NCBI GenBank assembly: GCA_016201865.1
Contig: JACQCA010000012.1
Coordinates: 4,447 to 68,446, forward strand
Length of the DNA stretch: 64,000 nucleotides
Direction: 5' to 3'
DNA from: Nitrospirota bacterium
Lineage (GTDB): Bacteria > Nitrospirota > Nitrospiria > JACQBZ01
The position numbers and the translations under genes were made by a program. This document shows positions 18,402 through 26,774 of this stretch, in pieces; positions within the stretch are counted from its first letter, which is position 1, and every line of letters starts with the position of its first letter. Below the pieces are notes generated by a model, which was given only the letters and a program-made list of their open reading frames with translations, was not told the origin of the DNA and did not search any database.

Positions 18402-19312
18402 TGGGGTCCGATGTCGTCCGCCGGATGGTTTGTGAGGTTCCGCAGGCCTTGGCCCTCCACGTCGACGACGTAAATTTCGCCCTTGCCTTGCTGAATCGAC
18501 TCAAAGGCCAATCGGCGGCCGTCCGGCGACCAGGTCGGATTCGAATCGGCGCCGGCCATCCGCGTGAGGCGAATCAGATCAGATCCATCGGCGGCCATGA
18601 CATAGATTTCCCAGTTTCCATCCCGGTTCGATTCAAACGCGATTTTCTTCCCGTCCGGCGACCAGATCGGCGTTTCGCTATCCGCCGGCCCGTGGGTCAG
18701 GGGGACCGGATCGCCGCCGTTTCCATCCGGCCGCACCGCCACCCGATAGATCTCCCAGCGGCCCGCGGTATTGGACTCAAAGGCGATCGCCTCCCCATCC
18801 GGAGACCAGGCCGCCGCCACCTTATCACCCGGAAGATCCGTAAGCCGGGTTCTTGGCTGCCCGTCATTTCGCATGAGATAGATCTCCCGATGGCCCTCTT
18901 CCCCGACCACAAAGGCCAGCCGTCGGCCGTCCGGCGACCAGGCCGGTGAACCTTCCCGTTCCGGCGTCCGCGTCAGCTTGGTCTCTGCGAAATCCCGAAG
19001 GCTCATGCTGTAGATCTCCCAATTGCCGTCCCGGTTGCTGGCATAGGCCAGCCGTTCCCCGTCGGACGACCAGGAGGGCCAGATATTTTTACCGTGCCCC
19101 CGTGTCAGATTCGTCAAGTGGCGTCCATCCCGGTTGACGATGTAAATATCCCGACCTTCCCCATGCAGGAGCGTGAAGGCCAACCGGGGTCCCCGCAAAT
19201 CCGGGTCCGTGGATCCGGATTCACGACCCGCATTTCCCGTCGGCGCACAACCCGCATGGATCAACCCTAAACTCATTGTGAAAAGAGCCAACCGCCATAC
19301 AATTTCCTTCAT
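18245..19312 (-). CDS. TolB-like PD40 beta-propeller lipoprotein (355 aa)
   Basis: Lipobox GLIHAGCAP. Blades NWEIYSMSLRDFAETKLT, HREIYLMRNDGQPRTRLT, NWEIYVMAADGSDLIRLT, WSPDGKKIAF. Confidence 0.8.
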   Translation of the reverse strand: MKEIVWRLALFTMSLGLIHAGCAPTGNAGRESGSTDPDLRGPRLAFTLLHGEGRDIYIVNRDGRHLTNLTRGHGKNIWPSWSSDGERLAYASNRDGNWEIYSMSLRDFAETKLTRTPEREGSPAWSPDGRRLAFVVGEEGHREIYLMRNDGQPRTRLTDLPGDKVAAAWSPDGEAIAFESNTAGRWEIYRVAVRPDGNGGDPVPLTHGPADSETPIWSPDGKKIAFESNRDGNWEIYVMAADGSDLIRLTRMAGADSNPTWSPDGRRLAFESIQQGKGEIYVVDVEGQGLRNLTNHPADDIGPQWSPDGKQIAFSSNREGSYQIHLMDPDGSHVMRLTQLQGESKWPYWSPSSFQ

Positions 19313-19342
19313 CTCTCCCTCAGGGACCGCCGCAGCAAACGA

Positions 19343-20476
19343 TCAAGGCCTTTCCTGTCTGGCCTGCTGAATTCCCCAGAGGTGCATGAGAAAGATCTGC
19401 CACGGCCCGCTGTTTTCCTTCCCGATGAAACTGATCCGCGATCCGTCCGGCGACCAGGAAGGAACCTCCTTCTCCGAAACGGCATCCGTCATCGTCTTTT
19501 GAATGCGACCGGCCAGGTCCACGACGGAAATGGTTGCTCCCGCCGTTCCTTTCGAGACAAAGGCGATCATTTTCCCGTCGGGAGACCAACGCGGGCTGTC
19601 TTCTTCTTCCGGCGTCCGCGTCAGTTGCCGCTGATCCAAACCGTCCGCGTTCATCACGTACAGTTCCCAGTTGCCGGTCCGATTGGAAACAAAGGTCAGG
19701 TGTTTCCCGTCCGGGGACCAATTGGGACAGGTGCTCTCCCCCGCGCTCTTTGTGAGCGGCCGGACCGTCGAGCCCCCGCCGCCCATGATGTAGATCTCGT
19801 TGTGGCCGGTTTGATTCGAGACAAAGACGACGTGTTTCATGTCCGGCGACCATTTCTGGTTGTCCTCCACGGCCGCCGTCGCGGTGAGCCTCCGCGTGTC
19901 CGATCCGTCCGGATTCATCGAAAAAAGGTCCCAGCTTCCCGATCGGTCCGAAATAAACATGATCTTCACGCCGTTATTCGACGCCGGGGGAGACCAGATC
20001 GGCCAGCGATCGTTGGCGGCATTCCGGCTTAAATTTTTCTGATGCGAACCGTCCGAATCCATGAGATAGATCTCTTTATTCCCGTCCCGGTTTGAGACAA
20101 ACACCAGATGCTTGCCGTCGGGCGACCAGATCGGGTCGTCGTCCTCGGCCGGATTCTGCGTCAGGTTCCGCGCACGGCCGCCGTCGGCATCCATCGTGTA
20201 GATCTCCTTATTCCCGTCCCGTCCGGACTCGAAGGCCAGGCGGGTTCCGTCCGGCGACCAGACCGGATTCTCCTCATCCGTCTCGGTGCTCGTGAGCCGG
20301 ACGACCACCGGCGTTGTTCGGTTGATCCGCTCGGCTGCCGTTGCATCAAAACCGGATGGCTCGGTCGAGACCCCGCGCATCCCGCAACTCGTCAACACCG
20401 CAAGATTAAAAAGTTGCGCGAACACCAGGACGGCTCTCATCTTATGACTCATTTTATGACTCATTTCGGTCCCCAA
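19343..20476 (-). CDS. TolB-like PD40 beta-propeller lipoprotein (377 aa)
   Basis: Lipobox AVLTSCGM. Blades DGNKEIYTMDADGGRARNLT, DGNKEIYLMDSDGSHQKNLS, HNEIYIMGGGGSTVRPLT, NWELYVMNADGLDQRQLT. Confidence 0.8.
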   Translation of the reverse strand: MGTEMSHKMSHKMRAVLVFAQLFNLAVLTSCGMRGVSTEPSGFDATAAERINRTTPVVVRLTSTETDEENPVWSPDGTRLAFESGRDGNKEIYTMDADGGRARNLTQNPAEDDDPIWSPDGKHLVFVSNRDGNKEIYLMDSDGSHQKNLSRNAANDRWPIWSPPASNNGVKIMFISDRSGSWDLFSMNPDGSDTRRLTATAAVEDNQKWSPDMKHVVFVSNQTGHNEIYIMGGGGSTVRPLTKSAGESTCPNWSPDGKHLTFVSNRTGNWELYVMNADGLDQRQLTRTPEEEDSPRWSPDGKMIAFVSKGTAGATISVVDLAGRIQKTMTDAVSEKEVPSWSPDGSRISFIGKENSGPWQIFLMHLWGIQQARQERP

Positions 20477-21546
20477 AACGGCCAGGTATTGTCCGCCGCC
20501 GTGTCGGTCAGACGCTTCTGATGCGACCCGTCACGGTTCATGATATAGATCTCGTTATGTCCGTCCCGACCGGAGACAAAGGTGATCTGACCTCCGTCCG
20601 GCGACCAGGTCGGGATGTCCGCATCGGTCGGGCCGGCAGTCAAGCGTTTCACGTTCGACCCGTCGACGTTCATCAGGTAAACCTGCCAATTGCCGTCCCG
20701 GTTCGAAATCACCGTCAGTTGCCGGCTGTTCGGAGCCCAGAAAAAGGCCCCGCGGCCGTCCTCCCCTTTATGACGGGTCACGTTGGCAGCCTGCGACCCG
20801 TCGGCGTTCATGACATAGATCTCGTTGTTGCCGTCCCGGTTCGAGACGAAACCGATCTTCGTGCCGTCCGGCGACCATTTCGGGTTGAAATCGCTTCCGG
20901 CGCTCCGCGTTAAATTCCTCGGGTCGGTTCCATCGCTGTTCATGACGTAGATCTCGCTGTTTCCGTCCCGCTTGGACAGAAACGCGATCCGGGATCCGTC
21001 CGGCGACCAGAACGGTCGGGAGTCCTCGGCCGGATCATGGGTCAACCGATGGAGATCGGTTCCATCGCTCTTCACCACATAGATCTCGAAATTGCCGTCC
21101 CGTGTCGAGATGAATGCCAGCCGGCTTCCATCGGGAGACCAGAAAGGGTCTTCATCCTCCGCTGGATCGTGCGTCAATCGAACCGGATGCGAACCGTCCG
21201 CATTCATGATGTAGATTTCCTTGTTTCCATCCCGGTTTGAAACAAACGCCAATCGCCGGCCGTCGGCCGACCAGACCGGCCAGATGTCGTCGCCGGGGTT
21301 GCGGGTCAGGTTGATTTGACGGGACCCGTCCGCGTCCATCGTATAAATTTCCCAGTTTCCATCCCGATGGGACTCGAAGGCGATCTTCCGATCGTCGAGT
21401 CCCTGCTTGGCCGAGACAAACCAAGGCCCGGCCGGAATCAGAGCCGTCCCAAAAAGAATCATGACCGCCATCTTCTTCAAGAAGCCGACCCCAAAGAATC
21501 CCCGAAGAATCCGGAACGATCGCGGCAGGCCGTGCATCTTCATCAA
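20461..21546 (-). CDS. TolB-like PD40 beta-propeller protein, secreted (361 aa)
   Basis: Signal MAVMILFGTALIPAGPWFVSA (internal Met; the true start may be at ~21471). Blades DGNWEIYTMDADGSRQINLT, DGNKEIYIMNADGSHPVRLTH, DGNFEIYVVKSDGTDLHRLTH, DGNSEIYVMNSDGTDPRNLT, DGNNEIYVMNADGSQAANVT. Confidence 0.8.
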   Translation of the reverse strand: MMKMHGLPRSFRILRGFFGVGFLKKMAVMILFGTALIPAGPWFVSAKQGLDDRKIAFESHRDGNWEIYTMDADGSRQINLTRNPGDDIWPVWSADGRRLAFVSNRDGNKEIYIMNADGSHPVRLTHDPAEDEDPFWSPDGSRLAFISTRDGNFEIYVVKSDGTDLHRLTHDPAEDSRPFWSPDGSRIAFLSKRDGNSEIYVMNSDGTDPRNLTRSAGSDFNPKWSPDGTKIGFVSNRDGNNEIYVMNADGSQAANVTRHKGEDGRGAFFWAPNSRQLTVISNRDGNWQVYLMNVDGSNVKRLTAGPTDADIPTWSPDGGQITFVSGRDGHNEIYIMNRDGSHQKRLTDTAADNTWPFWGPK

Positions 21547-21564
21547 ACCTCCTTCATTTCAGCT

Positions 21565-22653
21565 TTAGTTCATCAACCACTGCGGATCGACCTTTTGTCC
21601 TCCGGCAGCGGTGACCTGCAGAACGTTGGAGCCGTCGGCATCCGCCACAAAAAGCTGCGTCGCCTCGACCTGATAGGCCACAAACAATAATCGTCGGCCA
21701 TCCCGCGACCAGACCGCCTTGGCCTCCTCCGGAAGCCGTCTCATGAGCCGTTTTTCATGCCGTCCGTCCGCATCCATGACATGAAGTTCTCGACGGCCGC
21801 TCTGCTTCAAGGCATACGCGATTTGACGACCGTCCGGCGACCAGACGGGGTCCGCCTCGTCGCCGCGGCTCCGGCTCAACCGGACCACTTCCGCGCCGTC
21901 CGCTGACATACGGTAAAGTTCCCAGTTACCGGTGCGATTCGAGACAAACAGCAGCTGCCGACCGTCCGGCGACCAGGCCGGGCATTGCTCATCGGCCGCG
22001 CTCCTCGTGAGATTCATCGAATCGGTTCCGTCCGCATTCATCGAAAAAATCTCCCAGGCCCCGTCCCGGCGAAATTCGTAGGCGATCCGGCGGCCGTCCG
22101 GCGACCAGACCGGGTTGGCCTCTTCCGACATCGTCTCCGTCAGTCTCCGCTCATTCGAGCCGTCCGCATCGATGCCGTAAAGCTCCCAGTTTCCATCTCG
22201 ATTCGATTCAAACACCAACCGACGGCTGTCCGGCGACCAGACCGGTCCTTCATCAATACCCTCGGCATAGGTCAGCCGGATCTGATCCGACCCGTCGGTG
22301 TTCATGATATAGATCTCGTAGTCCCCGTCGCGTCTTGAAACGAAGGCGATCTTGGTTCCATCGGGAGAAGGCACCAGCCCTTCCTCTTCGGCCGGGGTTG
22401 ACGTCAGTCGCTGCGCGTCTCGACCGTCGGTCGTAATGGAATAGATGTCCCAGGAACCGTCCTGGTTCGACGCATACACCACTCTGCCCACGGCCGTTTC
22501 CACCGACATCGGCGCAGGGAACACCCTTTCTTGCAAGAGAAGGTTTTGACCACAGCCCATCATCAGCACGGTCACGCCATACGCAACCAAGACCGTTGCT
22601 TTATTCACTCCACCGTTTCTATCCCAGACACGATCCCACATAGGACTACTCAC
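21565..22653 (-). CDS. TolB-like PD40 beta-propeller lipoprotein (362 aa)
   Basis: Lipobox TVLMMGCGQ. Blades GSWDIYSITTDGRDAQRLT, DGDYEIYIMNTDGSDQIRLTY, DGNWELYGIDADGSNERRLT, WSPDG. Confidence 0.8.
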   Translation of the reverse strand: MSSPMWDRVWDRNGGVNKATVLVAYGVTVLMMGCGQNLLLQERVFPAPMSVETAVGRVVYASNQDGSWDIYSITTDGRDAQRLTSTPAEEEGLVPSPDGTKIAFVSRRDGDYEIYIMNTDGSDQIRLTYAEGIDEGPVWSPDSRRLVFESNRDGNWELYGIDADGSNERRLTETMSEEANPVWSPDGRRIAYEFRRDGAWEIFSMNADGTDSMNLTRSAADEQCPAWSPDGRQLLFVSNRTGNWELYRMSADGAEVVRLSRSRGDEADPVWSPDGRQIAYALKQSGRRELHVMDADGRHEKRLMRRLPEEAKAVWSRDGRRLLFVAYQVEATQLFVADADGSNVLQVTAAGGQKVDPQWLMN

Positions 22654-23611
22654 CGCTCGATCGGATGGCCAGCCCGCTCGGCCTCACGCCCACTTTCACG
22701 GTCCGGATCAGATGCCCGGACGGAAGAGCGATGACCGACAGGTCGGATGATCCTTCATTCAAAACGTATGCATAGCGACCGTCCCGGCTGATCTTGATCT
22801 CCACGGGCGTTTTGCCAACCGGAATGCTCTTTACGACGCGGTAATCGCCGGCATCGATCACCGAAATATTGTCCGTGCTGACATTCGTCACATAAACAAA
22901 ACGTCCGTCCGGAGAAAAGGTCAGGCCCGCCGGAAAGCTGTCGACCGTTACCGTTCGGGCGATGGCTCTGGAAACCGTGTCGATGATCGTCACCCCGCGG
23001 GGATAATCGGCCACCCAAACGGTCCGACCGTCCGGAGAAACAGTGATCCCGGTCGGCATCTCACCCACCTTGATTCTTTGGATCACGGAGCTGGTCTCCG
23101 TTTCGATCACGACCACTTCGCTGGAGCTGCCGTTGCTGACGTAGACAAACCGCCCATCCGGCGTGACGTCGATCCAGTTCGGACCCAGCCCGACGGGAAT
23201 GGTCTTCACCGCCCGGCCGCTGCTCCGGTCGACAAGGGAAACGGTATTGGAAGAGCGATTGGTCACGTAGAGGAAACGGTCATCCGGCGTCAGCACCAGT
23301 CCCGTCGCTCCATTTCCGACTTCAATGGTATCGATTACTTGATTGGCGGCCGTATCCACCACGGTAACGGTGTTCGTGAAATTGGCTACATACAACCGCT
23401 GACCGTCCCGCGTCAGCGCCACGCCGCCCGGCATCGCGCCCACCGGCAATGTTTTGATCGGCCGATACCGCTGCGTATCGATGATGACCAGATCATTGGA
23501 CCCTTCATTCGTTACATAGAGATAACTTCCGGGGCCATTTTGACTGCCGAATGTCGCGCAACCGGCTAAAGCGATGAAACACAGCAGCGGGACGGTTTTA
23601 GCCAACGTCAT
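22646..23611 (-). CDS. YVTN-family beta-propeller repeat lipoprotein (321 aa)
   Basis: Lipobox FIALAGCAT. Seven blades: YVTNEGSNDLVIID, YVANFTNTVTVVD, YVTNRSSNTVSLVD, YVSNGSSSEVVVIE, WVADYPRGVTIID, YVTNVSTDNISVID, YVLNEGSSDLSVIA. It overlaps the next gene by 4 nt. Confidence 0.75.
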   Translation of the reverse strand: MTLAKTVPLLCFIALAGCATFGSQNGPGSYLYVTNEGSNDLVIIDTQRYRPIKTLPVGAMPGGVALTRDGQRLYVANFTNTVTVVDTAANQVIDTIEVGNGATGLVLTPDDRFLYVTNRSSNTVSLVDRSSGRAVKTIPVGLGPNWIDVTPDGRFVYVSNGSSSEVVVIETETSSVIQRIKVGEMPTGITVSPDGRTVWVADYPRGVTIIDTVSRAIARTVTVDSFPAGLTFSPDGRFVYVTNVSTDNISVIDAGDYRVVKSIPVGKTPVEIKISRDGRYAYVLNEGSSDLSVIALPSGHLIRTVKVGVRPSGLAIRSSGE

Positions 23612-24681
23612 TTTTGCGCCACTCCCTCATGAATGGTATCTCCCACGGCAAGCGATTTAACCACTTTTTCCGTCTCCAAGTCCAAGATCGTCACGTCGCT
23701 TGAATCACGGTGCGAGATAAAGGCCTTTCGCCCGTCATCGGTAAAAAGGATATCGACCGGAAATTTTCCTCCGGTGGGCAGCGTCTTCACCACGTCGTCC
23801 GTCGTCGAGTCGATCACGGAGATATTATTGTCCCGCTCATTGGCCACATAAACATACCGGCCGTCGGGGGCGAGCGAGACCCCGGCGGGCGCATCTCCGA
23901 CCTTGATGGTCTTCACCACGGTGAGTGTCCGAAGATCAATCACGGAGACGTCGTCGCTGACATTGTTCGCCACATAGGCCCGCGATTCATCGGGGGTGAG
24001 GACGATCCCCTCCGGAACCGTCCCAACCGTAATGTACCGGACGACCTCGATCCGGGAGGTGTCGATCACGGCCACATTGTTCGAATCGCAATTGGTCAGA
24101 TAGGCCGTTTTCCCGTCTCGACTGAAGACCAGATTATCCGGCGACTTTCCGACCGGCAGGGTTTTGACCACCGTCCAGTCCATCACCCGGATCACGGTCA
24201 GATCATTCGAGCCCGCATTCGCCACGTAGGTGAATCGTCCGTCCGGCGTCATCGTGACCCCGTCCGGTCCGATTCCGGCCGGAACGGTCCGGATCACCTT
24301 CAGGGATTTCAAGTCCACCACCGAAACATTGCTCGAGTCAAAATTGGCGGTCACCGCATAGAGACCGTTCTTCGTCAACGTAACGCCCAGCGGTCGCTTT
24401 CCGACACGAATCGTTTTAATGATCTGTTCGGTGACGGGGTCCACGATGGCCAGCTCGTCCGTCGCCGCGTTGGTCATATAGAAGAGCCCGTTGCCCTGAT
24501 GACCGGGTTTCACGACCGGTTGAGTCGTCGTGAGGGCGGCCTCGACCCGATGGCCGGACGGAGCGTTGCCGCTTTGATGGCTCGCCCAAACCCCGCCGGG
24601 AACAACAAACAGGATGGTGAATGTCAGAGCGGCAGCTAAAAAGTGGTCATCTGTCGTTTTCATGTCGTCTCTCTCTCGCAC
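23608..24681 (-). CDS. YVTN-family beta-propeller repeat protein, secreted (357 aa)
   Basis: Signal LAAALTFTILFVVPGGVWA. Blades FYMTNAATDELAIVD, YAVTANFDSSNVSVVD, YVANAGSNDLTVIR, YLTNCDSNNVAVID, YVANNVSDDVSVID, YVANERDNNISVID. Confidence 0.75.
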   Translation of the reverse strand: MRERDDMKTTDDHFLAAALTFTILFVVPGGVWASHQSGNAPSGHRVEAALTTTQPVVKPGHQGNGLFYMTNAATDELAIVDPVTEQIIKTIRVGKRPLGVTLTKNGLYAVTANFDSSNVSVVDLKSLKVIRTVPAGIGPDGVTMTPDGRFTYVANAGSNDLTVIRVMDWTVVKTLPVGKSPDNLVFSRDGKTAYLTNCDSNNVAVIDTSRIEVVRYITVGTVPEGIVLTPDESRAYVANNVSDDVSVIDLRTLTVVKTIKVGDAPAGVSLAPDGRYVYVANERDNNISVIDSTTDDVVKTLPTGGKFPVDILFTDDGRKAFISHRDSSDVTILDLETEKVVKSLAVGDTIHEGVAQK

Positions 24682-25717
24682 CTATTTTCAGCGTGATCAG
24701 CCAGATGTCGCTGTTTCCGGAGCGCAAGGAAGTATAAGCGATCTTCTTGCCGTCCGGACTCCAGGATGAGCGCCACCCGTCCACCATCCCGTCAACGGTC
24801 AACGGCGACGGACTCGATCCGTTGGAATCCATGATCCAGAGATTGGAGTCGGCCGTCCGAAACACGATGCGCTTCCCGTCCGGGCTCCAGGACGCCGCCG
24901 GATTATTATCGAACCGTTTGTCGGCCGCCAACCGGACCAGATTTCCCCCGCGCAGATCCGAAAGCCAGAGGCCCCATGCCCCGCTCATGTTCGATGAAAA
25001 AAGGACTTGTTGCCCGTCCGGACTGAACGAAGGATGCCAATGTTCGGCCATGCCGATGGAATGCGGCCACTGCTTTTGTGTCGCAAGATCCATGATCCAG
25101 TTCTCATCCTTGCCCGTTCGGTTCGAGGTAAAAATAATCATCGTCCCATCGCGGCTCCAGGAGGGATCGCGACTCCAGGTGGTTGGAAGAGGATCGGCCT
25201 GCGTCAAGGGTCGCGGGTTCGAGCCGTTCGCATCCATGAGCCAGATCTGGTTTGCCCCGCTGCGGTTCGACGTAAAGGCAATCGCCTTCCCATCCGGACT
25301 CCAGGCCGGCGACCAATTCCCGTTGGGACCGTTCGTCAGCGGGCGGGCATGGGTCCCGTCCAGATCCATCACCCAGATCTCTTCGCGACCGGTGGCGTAA
25401 GAAGTAAAGACCATCCGCTTCCCATCGGGGCTGAAGCTTGGGATGTAGTCCATCTCTTCGCTCGTCGTGAGCTGGACCTCGAAGGCCACAAGCGGACCGA
25501 GCGTACTCGGCCCCGGAGAACCTGCAACGGCCGCCGATGAATTCAGGATCATTACAACCATCAAGAGCCACAGGAATTTACGCATGGGATTCTCCCAATT
25601 CTTAATCAACTTAATCATCGCTCGGCGAGAACTGCTCCCTTCGTTTCGCCATACCCGCCGAGGCCTTCTTTCTCGGACCGGGGCCGGTATAAGCCACGTA
25701 GGCGATCTTTGAACCAT
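24647..25717 (-). CDS. WD40-like/PD40 (TolB C-terminal-like) beta-propeller protein, secreted
   Basis: WSPDGK..AF blades (FSPDGKRMVFTSYATGREEIWVMDLDGTHARPLT, WSPDGKAIAFTSNRSGANQIWLMDANGSNPRPLT...). The track ORF overlaps the upstream gene by 107 nt. The probable start is the internal Met at ~25585 (MRKFLWLLMVVMILNSSAAVA), preceded by GGGAG. Confidence 0.7.
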   Translation of the reverse strand: MVQRSPTWLIPAPVRERRPRRVWRNEGSSSRRAMIKLIKNWENPMRKFLWLLMVVMILNSSAAVAGSPGPSTLGPLVAFEVQLTTSEEMDYIPSFSPDGKRMVFTSYATGREEIWVMDLDGTHARPLTNGPNGNWSPAWSPDGKAIAFTSNRSGANQIWLMDANGSNPRPLTQADPLPTTWSRDPSWSRDGTMIIFTSNRTGKDENWIMDLATQKQWPHSIGMAEHWHPSFSPDGQQVLFSSNMSGAWGLWLSDLRGGNLVRLAADKRFDNNPAASWSPDGKRIVFRTADSNLWIMDSNGSSPSPLTVDGMVDGWRSSWSPDGKKIAYTSLRSGNSDIWLITLKIGARERRHENDR

Positions 25718-26774
25718 CGGGCGACCATCGATGCCGGTCCCGACCCTTGTCGGCCATCCCCCGGGTCAGCCGCCGCTGATCGGATCCGTCGGGGTTCATC
25801 ATATAAATCTCGTTGTGCCCGTCCCGATCGGAGATAAAAGCGATTTTGCGCCCGTCCGGCGACCAGAAGGGGTTAAAGTCCTTTGCCCGATTCGCGGTCA
25901 ACCGATGCGGATCGGCGCCGTCTGCATTCACCAGATAGATCTCCCAGTTTCCGTCCCGCCGCGACGTGTAAACGACGCGACTCCCGTCCGGCGACCAGGC
26001 CGGCCCCTCCGTCGGCGCAGGGAGAGGGCTGAGATTCCGCTGATGACCTCCGTCCGCGTCCATGCGGTACACCTGATAGGTTCCATCGCGATTCGAATCG
26101 AACAGGATCGAACGGCCGTCGGGGGACCACTCGTTCCAGCAGAATCCGTCCATCGCCGGATCATGCGTTAAGCGTTGTTCGTGTGTTCCGTCCGCCGCAA
26201 CGACATAAACCTCCCAATTCCCGTCCTTGTTGCTGACATACGAAAGGACGTGTCCATCGGGCGACCAGGCCGGATTGATGCTGTCGCCTGCAACCGTCCG
26301 AGTCAGACGGCGTTGTTCCGAACCGTCCGCCGCCATGGCATACAATTCCCAGTGACCGGTCTGATCCGACGTAAACACGATCCGGAAACCGTCCGGCGCC
26401 CATTCCGGATCATCCTCGTCGGCTTGATTGTATGTCAATCGAAGCCCATTGGATCCGTCCGCGTTCATCACATAAACTTCATCAGTCCCATCCCGATTTG
26501 AGATAAAGGCGAGTTTGGTCCCATCCGGAGACCAGGCCAGACTTCGTCCTTCCACGGGAGGAAGCGTTAAACGATAGGGACGAGAGTCCTCAACGGATGT
26601 CCAAAACAGCTCCCACCGACCGTCCGGCCGATGGTTTAAAGGACTCCGATGATTAAAAGCCCCTCCCTGATCCAATAGACCACACCCTGCCAACGCGAGA
26701 AGGCCCAAAAGCTTAATCGCGGGCAGGGGGATTTGACTCTTTGAATTTTGATCCATCATCGTTGGACTCTTCAT
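25611..26774 (-). CDS. TolB-like PD40 beta-propeller lipoprotein (387 aa)
   Basis: Lipobox LALAGCGL. Blades DGTDEVYVMNADGSNGLRLTY, GHWELYAMAADGSEQRRLT, DGNWEVYVVAADGTHEQRLTH, DGNWEIYLVNADGADPHRLT, DGHNEIYMMNPDGSDQRRLT. Confidence 0.8.
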   Translation of the reverse strand: MKSPTMMDQNSKSQIPLPAIKLLGLLALAGCGLLDQGGAFNHRSPLNHRPDGRWELFWTSVEDSRPYRLTLPPVEGRSLAWSPDGTKLAFISNRDGTDEVYVMNADGSNGLRLTYNQADEDDPEWAPDGFRIVFTSDQTGHWELYAMAADGSEQRRLTRTVAGDSINPAWSPDGHVLSYVSNKDGNWEVYVVAADGTHEQRLTHDPAMDGFCWNEWSPDGRSILFDSNRDGTYQVYRMDADGGHQRNLSPLPAPTEGPAWSPDGSRVVYTSRRDGNWEIYLVNADGADPHRLTANRAKDFNPFWSPDGRKIAFISDRDGHNEIYMMNPDGSDQRRLTRGMADKGRDRHRWSPDGSKIAYVAYTGPGPRKKASAGMAKRREQFSPSDD